From assembly GCA_964016885.1 (NCBI GenBank), contig OZ024742.1, positions 97,526,001 to 97,590,000 on the forward strand: a DNA stretch of 64,000 nucleotides, read 5' to 3'. Both the position numbers and the translations under genes were made by a program. Under the pieces are notes generated by a model. It worked only from the letters and a program-made list of their open reading frames with translations. It searched no databases and was not told the DNA's origin. This document shows, piece after piece, positions 36,584 to 51,077 of the stretch (positions are counted from its first letter, which is position 1; every line of letters begins with the position of its first letter). The stretch is from Eledone cirrhosa (lineage: Eukaryota).

Positions 36584-36611
36584 CTAGCATTAAAGCCCGG
36601 CGTTGCTCGGG
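36584..36611 (-). mobile_element. Helitron 3' terminus inserted in the PLE 3' region
   Basis: Hairpin CCCGAGCAACGCCGGG followed by CTAG then T on the minus strand. Confidence 0.72.
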
Positions 36612-36865
36612 GTCATTAAGTTACCAAAGTTAGGTTGCACCACCCATTTTATGGCAGCACTTTTTTGTCTGCCAGGCACTGGGTGAATGAATTGCAGACC
36701 TGGAAGCAGGAGCTGCGCCAGTGGTGACAATTGTAGTTTCGCCTATGGTTTATTATCTCTGTGCAAAAAAGTGTTGAAATTTATTGTTTCACAGTACTTG
36801 CGCAACACGCGCGTAGACGATGCCAGCCGAACAGAGCTGCGATGGAGTTGTTCTGCATGGTTGTC

Positions 36866-37326
36866 TGTGTTTTCTAAATTTAAGACAGTAGGGAGGGTTG
36901 TGATATGAGGGAGAGTTAGCTGTTGTTTCTAGCAGGTTTAGTGACCTCATAGAGGATATGTGTTTTCTAAATTTAAGACAGTAGGGAGTGGTGTGATATG
37001 GGGGAGAGTTAGCTGCTGTTTCTAGCAGGTTTAGTGACCTCATAGAAGATATGTTTTCTAAATTTAAGACAGTAGGGATGGGTGTGATATGGGGGAGAGT
37101 TAGCTGCTGTTTCTAGCAGGTTTAGTAACCTCACAGAGGATATGTGTTTTCTAAATTTAAGACAGTAGGGAGTGTTGTGATATGGGGGAGAGTTAGCTGC
37201 TGTTTCTAGCAGGTTTAGTGACATCATAGAAGATATGTTTTCTAAATTTAAGACAGTAGGGATGAGTGTGGTATGGGGGAGAGTTAGCTGCTGTTTCTAG
37301 CAGGTTTAGTGACCTCATAGAGGATA
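36866..37326. repeat. Minisatellite, five units of about 91-92 bp
   Basis: Unit tgttttctaaatttaagacagtaggg...gagagttagctgctgtttctagcaggtttagtgacctcataga. Confidence 0.95.
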
Positions 37327-39170
37327 TTATTGTTTATCATTATCTATAAAAGGCAGATTGTTGTTGTTGTTGTTGTGTGTGTGCACATGTTCCATGTTTA
37401 TACATTTGCACAATTTCAAACCGATTCGACTCAAAGTCTGTAAGAATCCACGTTCGTTGAGAGGTTTTAAAAAAAGATTTATCGCTTGTTGTTGAATAAA
37501 TGTATCTGTTGCTTTTGAATAATTGTCGTTTCGTATGAAATGTAATAATTGTTTCTACTTTTTTGGCACAAGGCCAGCAATTACCCAGTACATTACTAGT
37601 ACTTTATGTAATAATAAACGTTCTCTCTCTCTCTCTCCCTCTCACTCTCTTCTCTCTCTTCGGCAATCACGCACGTTGTTTAATTGCTTTAAATGTGTGA
37701 GTGTGTGTTTGTATGTGTTTGTAAATAAATCATTAAGTTTGAAGCAACTAAAAGTATAAATCACGCACGTTGTTTAATTGCTTTAAATGTTTTTTTATCA
37801 TTTGAAGTGAGTGTGTGTTTGTATGCGTTTGGAAATAAATCAGTAGGTTTGAAGTATAAAAGAGAAAGTAGCAAAATGTGTGGGTTGTAGATAGAGGTAA
37901 GCAGATGATATGAGAGAGTAAAACGGACAGTATCAATATCATGCTTGGAAAGAGAAAGTATGAAGTTGTATAGATTTTGAATGGTAATGGAAAGAGTTTA
38001 GCAGTTTAAATGAGAGAGAAAAAATCGTAAAATATTGAGTTTTATCTATTTTTTGCGTACTTGTGGGTGAAATTGAAAAAATTATATGTGCCAAGACGCA
38101 ATCGAAGTTATTTCGAATACTGAATTGTAAATTTCAATTGAGGAAATTCTATATCGTAGATTTCTATAACAAAGGAGCATGTCCATACACTGAGCTTTAT
38201 AGATTATGATTTCAGAGTAGATATATTGTTTAATGCTCACATATGGTGAATGAGATATCTTCCTTTGGTTTACATTATTCGAAAATATTTTTATTCTGTT
38301 TGAATAGCTTGCTATTTTAATTTTTGACATAAATTATATAGTTGAATAATATAAGAATTTCTTTAAAAGGAAACTGTAATAATTTGTAATTACTGAAGTA
38401 AATTTAAATTAACGAAATAAAACTTTTGAGAGTAAATATAACTAAAATTTAATCCTGTAATTATATGATTTGAAACGATTTTATAAAGGTGATACATGCA
38501 TGTATTTTAATATATATTTTAATACAGGTTTAATCATTATTTAAATATGCTTTAAAGATGAATTTTATAAAGTTGTAACAAAATACTTATGGAATATATT
38601 ACCTAAATCAGAAATTAAAATCTATAATGAGTTAAATTAAATTATATCAATTTTTAATTAAGTAAATATGTGGCGGCTATGAAAAGTAATGTATTGATTA
38701 ATTTTGATATATTATATTAGTATAATTAACTTAACCATAACCAAATACTAGAGATATTCAATGATCTCTGGTAATTGATTGGTCGCTTCAATTGACCTAA
38801 TATTTGAAAACAACGGTTTTATCTACTTATACCCCCCCCCCCCCCTCCCATACTTTCTTTTGTCGTTATCTCTTCTTTCTTCTTTTTTCTTTTTTATACA
38901 TATTTCTTCATCTATTTCACCCATCTATATATTCATTTAAATATTTATATATGTATTTTTTTTTCTCTTTCTTTTTATTTATTTTTATTTTTTGTTTGCA
39001 TCTCCTCTTCTTTACACACTTATATCTCTAATTCGCTCCATGTCCATTTTTCCTTTAAGTTTATCATATTATTATTTGTGGTATATAAATGTTGAGATTT
39101 GATGAAATAAATCACTGCTAATACTGGAATTGAAATACCAAGACCGTTGAGATATGTCATATATCAAATC

Positions 39171-39248
39171 ATATATTTTATCTGACGAGGACGTACCGGA
39201 GAATAAACAACACAGTACCTTCGAAATATATTATAATAAAGCATATAT
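39171..39248 (+). ncRNA. Type I hammerhead ribozyme
   Basis: TTTTAT CTGACGA GGACGTAC...GTACCTTC GAAAT ATATT ATA ATAAAG. Confidence 0.72.
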
Positions 39249-39288
39249 TTTGATTATATGAATATCTTCATTTGTTAATATTTTGAAT

Positions 39289-39338
<50 letters not shown>

Positions 39339-39614
39339 ATGTGTGTGTGTATGTGTGTGCGTGTATAATATTATACACACATAAATATCAATGCATGTTT
39401 ATATACAAATGTATAAATGCATAGCTATATACATACGTAAATGTCTGTATGTATATATGTATGTATGTAGATATATATATATATAATTATGTATGTATGT
39501 AGATTTATATATATAACCAAAGTTTAATATGGTTCATTGATTACTCAATGAATATAGTTTTACAATAGGTTAAAAGCACTCTACAAAGTGTTTTCTGGAG
39601 TTATTATTATTCTG

Positions 39615-39645
<31 letters not shown>

Positions 39646-40482
39646 TTCGTTTCTGAATTTGTTTAGCAAGATTCTTTATCTGAAATCGTGTGTTGAAACC
39701 GATATTGTTATACTTTGGGAGGGTCAGGTTGCCAATAAGAAACACACGCAGCAGTTGCTTTCACTTCAATTTATTATATATTTATAAATTTACAAATCTA
39801 CAAACTTATGAATTTCTGGTTGGTTGGTTGGTTCCACAACCAGATAGTTGTTTATATATAGTCATAGTCCTTTCGTCACACACTCTGTGACCTCTTCAGT
39901 GACTGGGGATTCCTTTCTTTGTTTCTGTGCCTTTCCTTTCTTCCGTCCTACGCCATTTTGTTTGTGTGTGTGTGTTGTGTGCTCAGTTTGCGCATGCGCC
40001 ACATCCGGGTGTCTGTGTGTGTCTGTGTTCATTTATCTATTTGTTTATTTATTTACATGTTGTTGGTTGGTTGTTTGTTTTATGTGTGTGTGTGTTTTCA
40101 TTTTGTCCTTAATTGTAAGTTGTGATGTTGCTGTTCCACTCATATTTTCTATTTAATTTTGGTTGTAATTCTTTTATGCTTACTGCCTCTGTAATTTGCC
40201 TAAACATTGCATCTTTTCTGTGTGTGGATTCTATTTTTATTTCTCTGTTCTCTAATTTACCCTTGTGTTCTATCTTAGCATGTTGGTAGAGTACAGATGA
40301 TTCTTTATTATCTTGAAGGTCTCGCCAGTGTTCATTTATCCGTTCCCCTATACTACGAGCTGTCTCACCTATGTACACTATATTTTTGTTTCTACATTGT
40401 CCTTCAGTACATCTTATGCTATACACTACATTTCTAGTTTTACAGTTAATATGGGGGCTTATCTTACAGGTTATACATTTCT

Positions 40483-41408
40483 ACCCAAGTAGACACCCCA
40501 ACCATCGATTACCTGTACTAGACACAGAGCTCTGGTTAGATACCATTAACAACCAAAAACAAATCCTCCATTCCCATTATGCCAAACCCAAGACTTCCAA
40601 ACATCTGATCCACCGAAACTCGGCCATTTCGGACCATACCAAAATCAACATACTGATTGCGGATTTGGTACGGGTGATGAGAAATGTGTCCCGCATGTGC
40701 AACCCCGAAGAACTAGAGAGACACATACAACACTTCATCCACCGTATGCAGTTCTCTGGCTACAATCAGAGAGATAGAATCAGAGTGTATAGAGGAGCCA
40801 GAACCAAATGGGAAAAAATGGTAAATAATGACATAAATGGGACCTGCCCCTTGTACAGGAGCAAATTTTGGAATAGAATAGAAAGAACTAGGAACAAGGC
40901 CAATAGAATAAACTCATGGTATGATAGCAATAAATACCAGAGTGTAATGTTCATCAATACAATCCCTAGAGGCGAACTAGCCTACAAATTTAGAAGGGCC
41001 CTAAATAAACATAAACTCAATATTAAGATAGTAGAAACACCAGGTACCTCCGTAAAAACACTTATTAGCAAGACATACCCGTTCCAAAGACCCTCATGTA
41101 TAGATAAGAAATGTATAACCTGTAAAATAAGCCCCCATATTAACTGTAAAACTAGAAATGTAGTGTATAGCATAAGATGTACTGAAGGACAATGTAGAAA
41201 CAAAAATATAGTGTACATAGGTGAGACAGCTCGTAGTATAGGGGAACGGATAAATGAACACTGGCGAGACCTTCAAGATAATAAAGAATCATCTGTACTC
41301 TACCAACATGCTAAGATAGAACACAAGGGTAAATTAGAGAACATAGAAATAAAAATAGAATCCACACACAGAAAAGATGCAAGTTTAGGCAAATTACAGA
41401 GGCAGTAA
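40483..41408 (+). CDS. PLE polyprotein C-terminal part (RT thumb, linker, GIY-YIG endonuclease), 5'-truncated with a frameshift at the end
   Basis: Open frame within ORF 40371-41408; the inverted copy preserves the true C-terminus (AMFRQITEAVSIKELQPKLNRKYEW). Confidence 0.8.
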
Positions 41409-41665
41409 GCATAAAAGAATTACAACCAAAATTAAATAGAAAATATGAATGGAACAGCAACATCACAACTTACAATTAAGGACAAAATGAAAACACACAT
41501 ACACATAGAACAAACAACCAACCAACAACATGTAAATAAATAAACGAACACACACAGACACCCGGATGTGGCGCATGCGCAAACTGAGCACACAACACAC
41601 ACACAGAAACAAAATGGCGTAGGACAGAAGAAAGGAAAGGCACAGAAACAAAGAAAGGAATCCCC

Positions 41666-41710
41666 AGTCACTGAAGAGGTCACAGTGTGTGTGACGAAAG
41701 GACTATGACT
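41666..41710 (+). ncRNA. Minimal hammerhead ribozyme (mirror copy at about 39860-39904 on minus strand)
   Basis: AGTCA CTGAAGA G GTCACA GTGTG TGTGAC GAAAG GA CTA TGACT; one extra G after A9, vestigial stem III. Confidence 0.78.
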
Positions 41711-41987
41711 ATATATAAACAACTATCTGGTTGTGGAACCAACCAACCAACCAGAAATTTATAAGTTTGTAGATTTGTAAATTTATAAATATATAATAAA
41801 TTGAAGTGAAAGCAACTGGTGCATGTGTTTCTTATTGGCAACATGACCCTCCCAAAGTATAACAATATATATATATATATATATGACAAGAAAGTATGTT
41901 TTGAAACAGTGAGCAGGTTTGAAATTAGAAAATAGAATAGCTTTCACCGTACTTTTGACTAAAGAAATTTTAGTCTGATAATGGGGT

Positions 41988-42039
<52 letters not shown>

Positions 42040-42734
42040 CATATATATATATATATGTAGATTTATATATATATATATATATATATAAATCTACATACAT
42101 ACATATATACATACATTTACGTATGTATATAGCTATGCATTTATACATTTGTATATATATATGCATTTATATTTAAGTGTGTAAGGATGTTGAGAAAATT
42201 TTTGTCTCCAGATTTTATTACCTAGGGAGATTAAATACCACAGCTGTGGCTGAAAGCTGACGAGGTTCTCAACCTCATCAAACACTAACGCCGGCCTGTG
42301 TGTGTATATATGTGTATATGTATGTGTATATGTATGTATGTACGTATGCATGTGTGTGTATGTTCGTATGTATGTATATGTATACACCCACACCTTTCAT
42401 CACCATTGCCTCTTTTTGTTATCATTTCTGTTGAAGTTGTTCTTGTAACTGTTGTAAAAGTTGACGTTGTCCTTATTTTCATTTTCTTTGATTTCTTTAG
42501 TTTTTCTTTTATCTCCCTAGGGAATTCGTTGACAAGCTTCTTTTATTTATTTTCTTCGTTTTCTTCATTCAAATTCATTCACACTGGCTGTCTAAGAGAC
42601 TTACAAATATGACTTATAAAACTTACCAAACTAAAGGGGCTTCCAGCAACCCGCAAATCTTCAAACGTCCCACTAACGCCCTTTGCTCCAAAACGCCCCC
42701 CTGGAGCACCCCGTTCAGAACCTTTGCTCTAGGC

Positions 42735-44140
42735 TGACAAGGTTGGAAGTACAGTCAACTAGTGTCCCCATACCTCTGTCAGCACTTAACTATTGGATAA
42801 ATTGCTGCTGGAAATCTGGCATCAAATTATCTGTGCCTGTCAAAGAATGAATTTTGGCGTTTTGGCCTCACTTCACTTCTACCATTCAGGCCCATTGACC
42901 AGCTTTTGTTTCTTCCTATCTCATTCTTTAGTTCTGACAAAGTAACCATTATGTATTGCATTGATGACAAATGTCTAGGTTCATTTTCACTGATCAGTTG
43001 CGATGCCTCTCCAATCACTTCTAGTCTAATTGCTAACTTTCCTCCGATTCATTTTGTTATGACTTTGCTATATGTTATTGATTCTAAAGAAATTGTTTCC
43101 CTTAGAATGCACTACCACCGATTGTTGACAATTCTATGTGTCACATGGCTCTTAAATACCCCGCTAATCCAGTCTCTGTAGATTTTACATATTAATGATA
43201 CATTAAGATTCCAGTGGATATCTACATGTTCTATAAAGGTTAACTGTGCAAGTCACAAATTTATGGTCTGAGTACGTGACTGTAATTGTGTACAGATTAT
43301 GCTATCGCTATCTGCTAAACCAAAGACACACTTATTTATACACCATCTAGATGACTATTCAATTTTTAAGACTTGCAGCATGTGGAATGTACTAGATTTG
43401 AAAATGTCATCCTCTGTTTCAATGCCTTTCTTTTCTGCTATGAAAGACTTCAGTTATTTGTTTTCAGTGGCACAAAGTTTGGTATAGACATGGATTATGT
43501 TTGTGTGTTTGCAGTTGTTATTTTGGGGCTTTGTGGGGTGCTGTAAGTAATGGTGGTGGTGGAGTTGGTATTGTTGCAGATTTGTTTGTGTCTTGGCGTT
43601 GGAGTGCAGGTGGATTTATTGATGGTGCCATGAGTGTGTGGTTCAGATCCAACGATATTTCTTTTCAAGTATTCTCCACCTGAAAGTTTGATCATCTTTC
43701 CAGGCTCTAACTCTACATTCACAAATAGTGGTCTGAAACTATTTAGGGCGGTGAATTGGCAGTATCGGTAGAGGGTCGGACGCCCTGCTTTGACGCATAG
43801 AGTTACGGCCCTTGCTATTCTGAGTTCAAATCCCACCGAGGTTAACTTTGCCTTTCATCCTTATGGGGTAGATAAAATAAAGTACCAATAATGCACTGGG
43901 GAATTTGCTGGCCTTGTGCCAAAAGTAGAAACAATTATTTTAAGTGGCATATTTGTTGTTGTGGAGAAGGTAGGGAGTCTCAGCGATGTTGTTATTGCTA
44001 TTTCACAAAAGTGTATTTTCTTTTGTGTTAAAAACTGATAAGTTTTTTTTTATTTTGTCATTTATTAATGTTAGTAATTTGTTGGTGGCAGTAGAAATGG
44101 TGACAGCAGCTGTTAGTAGTGTAAATTCTTGCTATTGAGG
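42735..44140 (-). mobile_element. Old degenerate Tx1 LINE, 5' half
   Basis: FQQQFIQ...LPTLSA resembles FQRHFAQ...LPRLSA of the young Tx1 and continues across the hAT TSD; the far boundary is uncertain. Confidence 0.5.
43746..43938 (+). mobile_element. tRNA-derived SINE, main family
   Basis: Complete head, core and gtagaaacaattatt tail. Confidence 0.9.
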
Positions 44141-44395
44141 TAAAGAGAAAAAGGAAAATTGATGACAACTCTTCTTCTTTTACATATTATTCATTTTTTT
44201 ATTGCCAAAATTGATGCCATTTTGAAAAAATTTCCAATCAAATACAGAGATTTAAAAAAAAATTGCCCCCTAAGGCCAGATATCCAGGCTAGTATTTGAC
44301 ATTATTCATGACATTGGGTAGTAATTTAAAAACAAAATACATCTGAGACAGGTAACAAAACTTAGCAGCCAAAATTACATATATCTAATGTAAAC

Positions 44396-44443
<48 letters not shown>

Positions 44444-44860
44444 CAGCAGCAGTAATAATAATAATAATAATAATTATAATAATAATAATATCACAGCTGC
44501 ATTATTAAAATGAATACGAGCCATAATTCAACATAATATTATTGTATTTCAAAAAATAAAAGAATATCATATCAGAAAAATAAATGAAAAATATAATAAA
44601 TCTTCCATGAAAAAAACAAAAAAGGCTGAGTAAAATAAGCTTGGGATAATAATAAAAAATATCCCTGAAAAGAGCTTTTTTAAGACATGTCTATATTTAT
44701 ATCAAATAATATTTTCTTTCCCTCTCTACTGCTCTTCCACTCCTCTATCCCTCCCCATTTTGCATTCCACTTTCTGTACCAATTGATTCAAACTTTGAAA
44801 GATGTTGATTCCAGAATGAAACATTGAATATAACATAATATATAATATACATACGTATGT

Positions 44861-44931
<71 letters not shown>

Positions 44932-45248
44932 TATATAGATATATATATAAACGTATATATATATTTATATACACACATATACATGATTACATATACATAC
45001 ATATAAACATATATATATATATTCTTTTCCTTTTCAAGAAAGGGACATCAGAATGAGCTAATTCCTTTAACATTCTTTTGTAATTCTTTCAATTTTGTTT
45101 ATTCCTCTTATTGTTGTTACTATTATTGTTTCCAAATTAAATATAGCTGATATATCAGTGAGTTGGTTCAAGTTATACCACACACTTACACACACACACA
45201 CACACACACAAACATCCTGACACAGTCATACATACACACACATATATG

Positions 45249-45319
<71 letters not shown>

Positions 45320-45401
45320 ACACACACACACACACATATAAATATATATATATAGAGAGAGAGACAGCTAGGAAAATGACAGACATAAAATGGTGATGAT
45401 G

Positions 45402-45482
<81 letters not shown>

Positions 45483-45487
45483 TATAA

Positions 45488-45527
<40 letters not shown>

Positions 45528-45951
45528 GTATAAGGGTGTATTTTTGTGAGTAATGTATAATTTTTTTCAAAAAGTCTTCTGAAAGTGAATGGGACTAATT
45601 TCTTTTGTTTTGGAGGGAGAAATATTTTATGAAATAAAAGACAACAAAAAAAAATAAAACAACATAAAATGAAATAAATGAAAATATAAAATTCAGAAAA
45701 CAAGTGTCTTTTCAAGTGAATCATTGCAATGGAGAACTTAATTTTAGGATTTTAGAATGTGTGTCTTTTGTAGAGTAGGGAAGAAAAATATATCTGAATA
45801 GAAAATGATAATAACAACAACAACAACAACAATAATAATAATAATAATAATAATAATATTTTCTAACTCTTTGACACAAAGTGGTGATGATTTCTTTATT
45901 TGTCATGTGGGCAACATAAATTAGCACTATGATAGTATTCAAAATCCTTAA

Positions 45952-46022
<71 letters not shown>

Positions 46023-46111
46023 CTCACATGCATATATACGTATAGAAAAAAAAATATATATATATAAATACACACACGCATATATACATTTAGAAATATA
46101 TATATATATAT

Positions 46112-46161
<50 letters not shown>

Positions 46162-46446
46162 TTTACGTCTGCTCTTCCCTGCTTGCAAGGGTGACACATA
46201 TATATATATTCATATATTTAAAACAGGAATTCTACAACATATATTCTACACAATCTCCACCCAATGCACTACAGTTACTCTAAACAATCATCACCCACTA
46301 AAATAACACAACTTGCATTATACAGAGCCTACATAACATACAATTATCATGTGACTTTCCAAAAAACAATGCTACAATAGGCCTTAGAAACGTCACAGTG
46401 TATCTGGTGGAGCAGTGGATCTTCAGAAACAGATATTAATAATAAT

Positions 46447-48290
46447 AATTGTTTCTACTTTTGGCACAAGGCCAGCAATTAAATCAGTGCATTACTGGTA
46501 CTTTATTGTATCGATTCTACAAGGATGAAACGTAAAGTTTACCTCAGCTGGATTTGAACTCAGACCATAAAGGACCATAATTCTACACTGCAAAGCATGG
46601 TGTCCGACGCTCTACCGATACTGCCAATCAAGCGCCCTTAATAATAATAATAATTGTTTCTACTTTAAGTTCAAGGTGATCAATTTGTAGGGGAGTAGAA
46701 AGTCAATTACAATGACTCCAGTATGTTACTGGTACTTTATTTTATCAACACCGTAAAGATGAAAGGTAAAGCTAACCTCAGCAATGACAATAGATCATGT
46801 TATCTCTAAGTGTCCAGGGCTGGCAAAAGCCAATTATATAAAAAGAGACTATCACATTGCCAAATATGTGCACTGGCTGCTCTGCCCATCTAATGACATT
46901 CAAAGTTCAGAGAACCACTCTAGGTAAAGTCACTACATCTCCATATTGAGAGATCACAGCTCCGATACCTTTGGAATGGAGTTAGAACGTCTTAAGAAAG
47001 ATGGTTGGAAAGATTTTACAGAGAAAACTGACCAGCCGGAGACCCAGGAGTACAGCCTGAGCAACATGGCTAGATAACATCCATGGGCTTGGCTGATCTT
47101 GCTTGGGGATCTAGCTGGATCAGTTGGAGATGGGGGCTTCTGACAGGACCTGCTTGAAGGAGTGTTTGAGAACTCTGCCCCTACGACACTCTCAGGAATG
47201 AGTGGGCAAATAATGATAATAATAATGATTTCTAATATAGGCACAAGGCCAACAATTTAATAGTGCTTTATTCTATCGACCCCTAAAAATTGTGTAAATT
47301 ACTCCTGAAGACAGAAAAATGTCGACATATGAGGAAACAAACATCTCAAGGGATCTCTGACCAAGTAATGATAATTTAGGCACAAAAACAAAATTTTTAT
47401 GACAAAGGGAAAGTTGATTAGATCGACCAAGTATCTGACTGGTACTTTATTTTATCAACCCAGGAAGGATGAAAGGCAAAATTAACCATAGAAGGTTTTG
47501 AACTCAAAATGTAAGGAGTTGGAACAAATATTATAAAGCATTTTATCTACCATCCTATATAATAATAATTGTTTCTACTTTAGGCACAAGACCAGCAATT
47601 ACCCAGTGCATTACTGGTACTTTATTTTATCGACCCCGTAAGGATGAAAGGCAAAGTCAACCTCGGCCGGATTTGAACTCAGACTGTAAAGGGACGTAAC
47701 TATGCTGGAAAGCATGGCGTCCGACTCTCTACCGATACTGCCAATCCACTGCCCTATTTAATAATAATTGTTTCTACTATAGGCACAAGGCCAGCAATTA
47801 CCCAGTGCATTAACCATTATCCTCATCGTCATCATCATCATTTTACGTCCACTTTTCACATGGCCAGCAATTTGAAGAGAAGCGGAAGTGAATTAAATCA
47901 ACTCCAGTGCGTTACTGGTACTTAATTGTATGAGAACTGTAGGAATGAAAGTTGACCTCAGAGTATTGGAACAATTAATGTAAAGCATTCTATCCAACAC
48001 TCTAGTAATTATGCCAATCCACTACCCTATGCTACTACTACTACTATTCTACTACTACTACTGCTGCTGCTACTACTACTCCTACAACTGCTGCTACTAC
48101 TAATAATAATAATGATTTCTACTATAGCCACAAAGCCAGCAATTTTAGGGAAGGGGAAAATCGATTAAATCGACACCAGTGCAAAGCTAAACTTAACAGG
48201 ATTTGAATTCAGAACGTAAAGGGCTGTAACTTTATGCTGCAAAGCATGTTGTCTGAATCTTTACCAATACTGCCAATCCATCGCCCTTAA
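46447..48290. mobile_element. Cluster of about eight SINE copies and fragments, mostly minus strand, separated by (AAT)n
   Basis: Repeated ttgtttctact...cacaaggccagcaatt tails at about 46450, 46653, 47225, 47570, 47768, 48113. Confidence 0.85.
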
Positions 48291-48894
48291 TAAATTAATA
48301 ATAAATGCTTACTTGGCAGAAAAGTATGAATAAGGAAAACTTGAGCAGAAATTCTCAGAGCCAAACTCAAATTGCTGAATTTCACAGAGATGAGATGTGG
48401 AAACACAAGTGGAGAGAAGCTATGCTGGAGAAGTCTAGTCCAAACCAAGCAAGCTTGGAAAAACAAACAGAGTGATGATGATGATGATGATGATGACGAT
48501 GATGATGATGATAATGATGACAACAGATAACAACATGCAAAATTCTACAATCAAAAATTTCGACATACAAATTGCACACAATATCCAAGTTTGGTGTATT
48601 AACATTGTTCCATCACAACATGCATATAGAAAGGCTTTTGTGTATGAAATAAAATAAGAGTGTGTGTATGTGTATACCAACAAACTTGCACATTTTAATA
48701 TCGAAAAAACAAAACAAAACACAATGAAATGCTTGTATATGTATGCATATATATATATAATATTATTGTTTTTCGAAATGTAAAGAATAAAAATTATAGA
48801 AATCTTCCACATTACAACTTCAAACGTAATTTTGAACATTAAACATCCCATTTATTCTCTTCAATGTTTTTATCGAATGACTAAGCTGTGCAAC

Positions 48895-49593
<699 letters not shown>

Positions 49594-49775
49594 AGGTGGT
49601 GTATGAGTGTCTTTATGTATGTATGCATATGTACATGTAGATAAATATAGAAAAGTTAGATATGAATAGTCATCTATATGTAACTTAAATAAATACACAA
49701 ACCTTTTAAATTATATATCATCATCATTGGCACTTAACTTCTGTTTTCCTTGCTAGCAAGGGTTGGGTATGTGCA

Positions 49776-49831
<56 letters not shown>

Positions 49832-50312
49832 TTGCATTATCATATACGTATATGTAAAGGGGAATAGATATTTACCTAGATAACACATACACACAGAAAC
49901 ACAAACATATATAGGCATTCATTTATGTTTTATTGGGTCACGTTGACAAAGATTGCAATCTCACAAACATACAATGATGATTTAAATTAGGACACATCTT
50001 TAGAAAAAAGATTTCTGGAATGAAAATTATAATTTCCAGTGTAGAATTTTATAGAAAATCCTTAAAAGTCATCAACAAATGATCGTTACATTCTTCATAT
50101 AAACAGTATATATTTTAATGGTGGTTGATGGTAGATATTTCCACTAAGATGGACAGATATAAATGGAACCGAGGCTTATGCACAAACATACATATATATA
50201 TATATATATATATATGTATCATCATCATCACCATCTGTTTTTCCATGCTTGCATGGATATATAATATATATAAGCATGTATAAGTATGTATAGAATAGAT
50301 ATATAATATATA

Positions 50313-50585
50313 TGGCACATGGCTTAGTGGTTAGAGCATTGAGCTTGCAACTGAGAATGTGTGGAGAACATGTAATGTATGATTTCTGAACTAGGTGATG
50401 CATTGTGTCCTTCAGCAAGAGACTTTATTTCATGTTGTGAAAGTTTACTCAGCTGTAGAAATGAGTTGCGATGTCACTAGTGCCATATTTTATCGGCCAT
50501 TGCTTTCCCTTGGACTACATTAATGGCGTGGAGAGAGAAGACTGGTATGCATGAGCAACTGCTGGTCTTCCACAATCAAACCATG
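50313..50585 (+). mobile_element. Degenerate V-domain-like SINE
   Basis: tggcttagtggttagagc head and gtgtccttcagcaagagacttta core as in 10213-10427. Confidence 0.7.
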
Positions 50586-51077
50586 TCCTGGCTTGTTCAC
50601 ACTATATGCAAATGTACATTTAGAGCCATTGTTTTCTCTTTGCTATAGGCAAATGAGCAAATATTCTAAATTTATATAGGCTCTAGCCTATTTTCAGCTC
50701 ATAACAATTTGAGTGAATGACACTAATGAAAGATTAGTGAACCTTGAAACAGCTGTATGTCATTCTCTATGGCTATAGAGATAACTGTGACATCATGCAA
50801 AAATATTTTTCGTTGATAGCAAGGCTTCCATGTGTATTTTACATAAACATATCATATATGATTTCATATGCATGCATAATGTTACTGCCAATTAATTATA
50901 ACTGTCCGAATTCACACTATATGCAAATTAACATCGCCATTTCAATATGCAAAATCTAAAACAAATGAATATATATATATATACATCCTCATATTCCCTA
51001 CCATTTTATAGCCCTGTTCCATATATATATATATATGTGGGTGTGTGTGTGTATCTATCAATCTATATATAGAGAGA

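Larger units (their letters stand above)
39702..41868 (+). mobile_element. Penelope-like element (sense part 40483-41868) preceded by a 780-bp inverted copy of its own 3' end
   Basis: 39702-40482 mirrors 41107-41868; LPVLD thumb motif, CxxxxCxxC linker, GIY-YIG VVYSIRC...YIGETARSIGERINEH. Confidence 0.93.
31964..42726. mobile_element. hAT-type element of about 10.8 kb (mostly nested insertions) with TIRs and 8-bp TSD
   Basis: TIR CAAAGGTTCTCAAC / CAAAGGTTCTGAAC (13 of 14 match); TSD CTCTAGGC at 31956-31963 and 42727-42734; flanks rejoin as one Tx1 ORF2 remnant. Confidence 0.82.

Noticed and set aside
36866-37326. Regularly spaced repeats suggesting a CRISPR array
   Set aside because: Units are contiguous with no unique spacers, there are no cas genes, and the context is eukaryotic
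40371-40482. Hydrophobic N-terminus of the 345-aa ORF resembling a signal peptide
   Set aside because: It is the antisense of the inverted GIY-YIG copy fused by chance in frame to the truncated PLE
43495-43690. Possible minus-strand terminal exon after a tttcag acceptor
   Set aside because: Low-complexity T/P/N sequence at the position expected for ORF1 of the old Tx1; no supporting partner exon
47300-47340. CTGAAGA...GACAT hammerhead-like string
   Set aside because: No GAAA box and no convincing stems I and III
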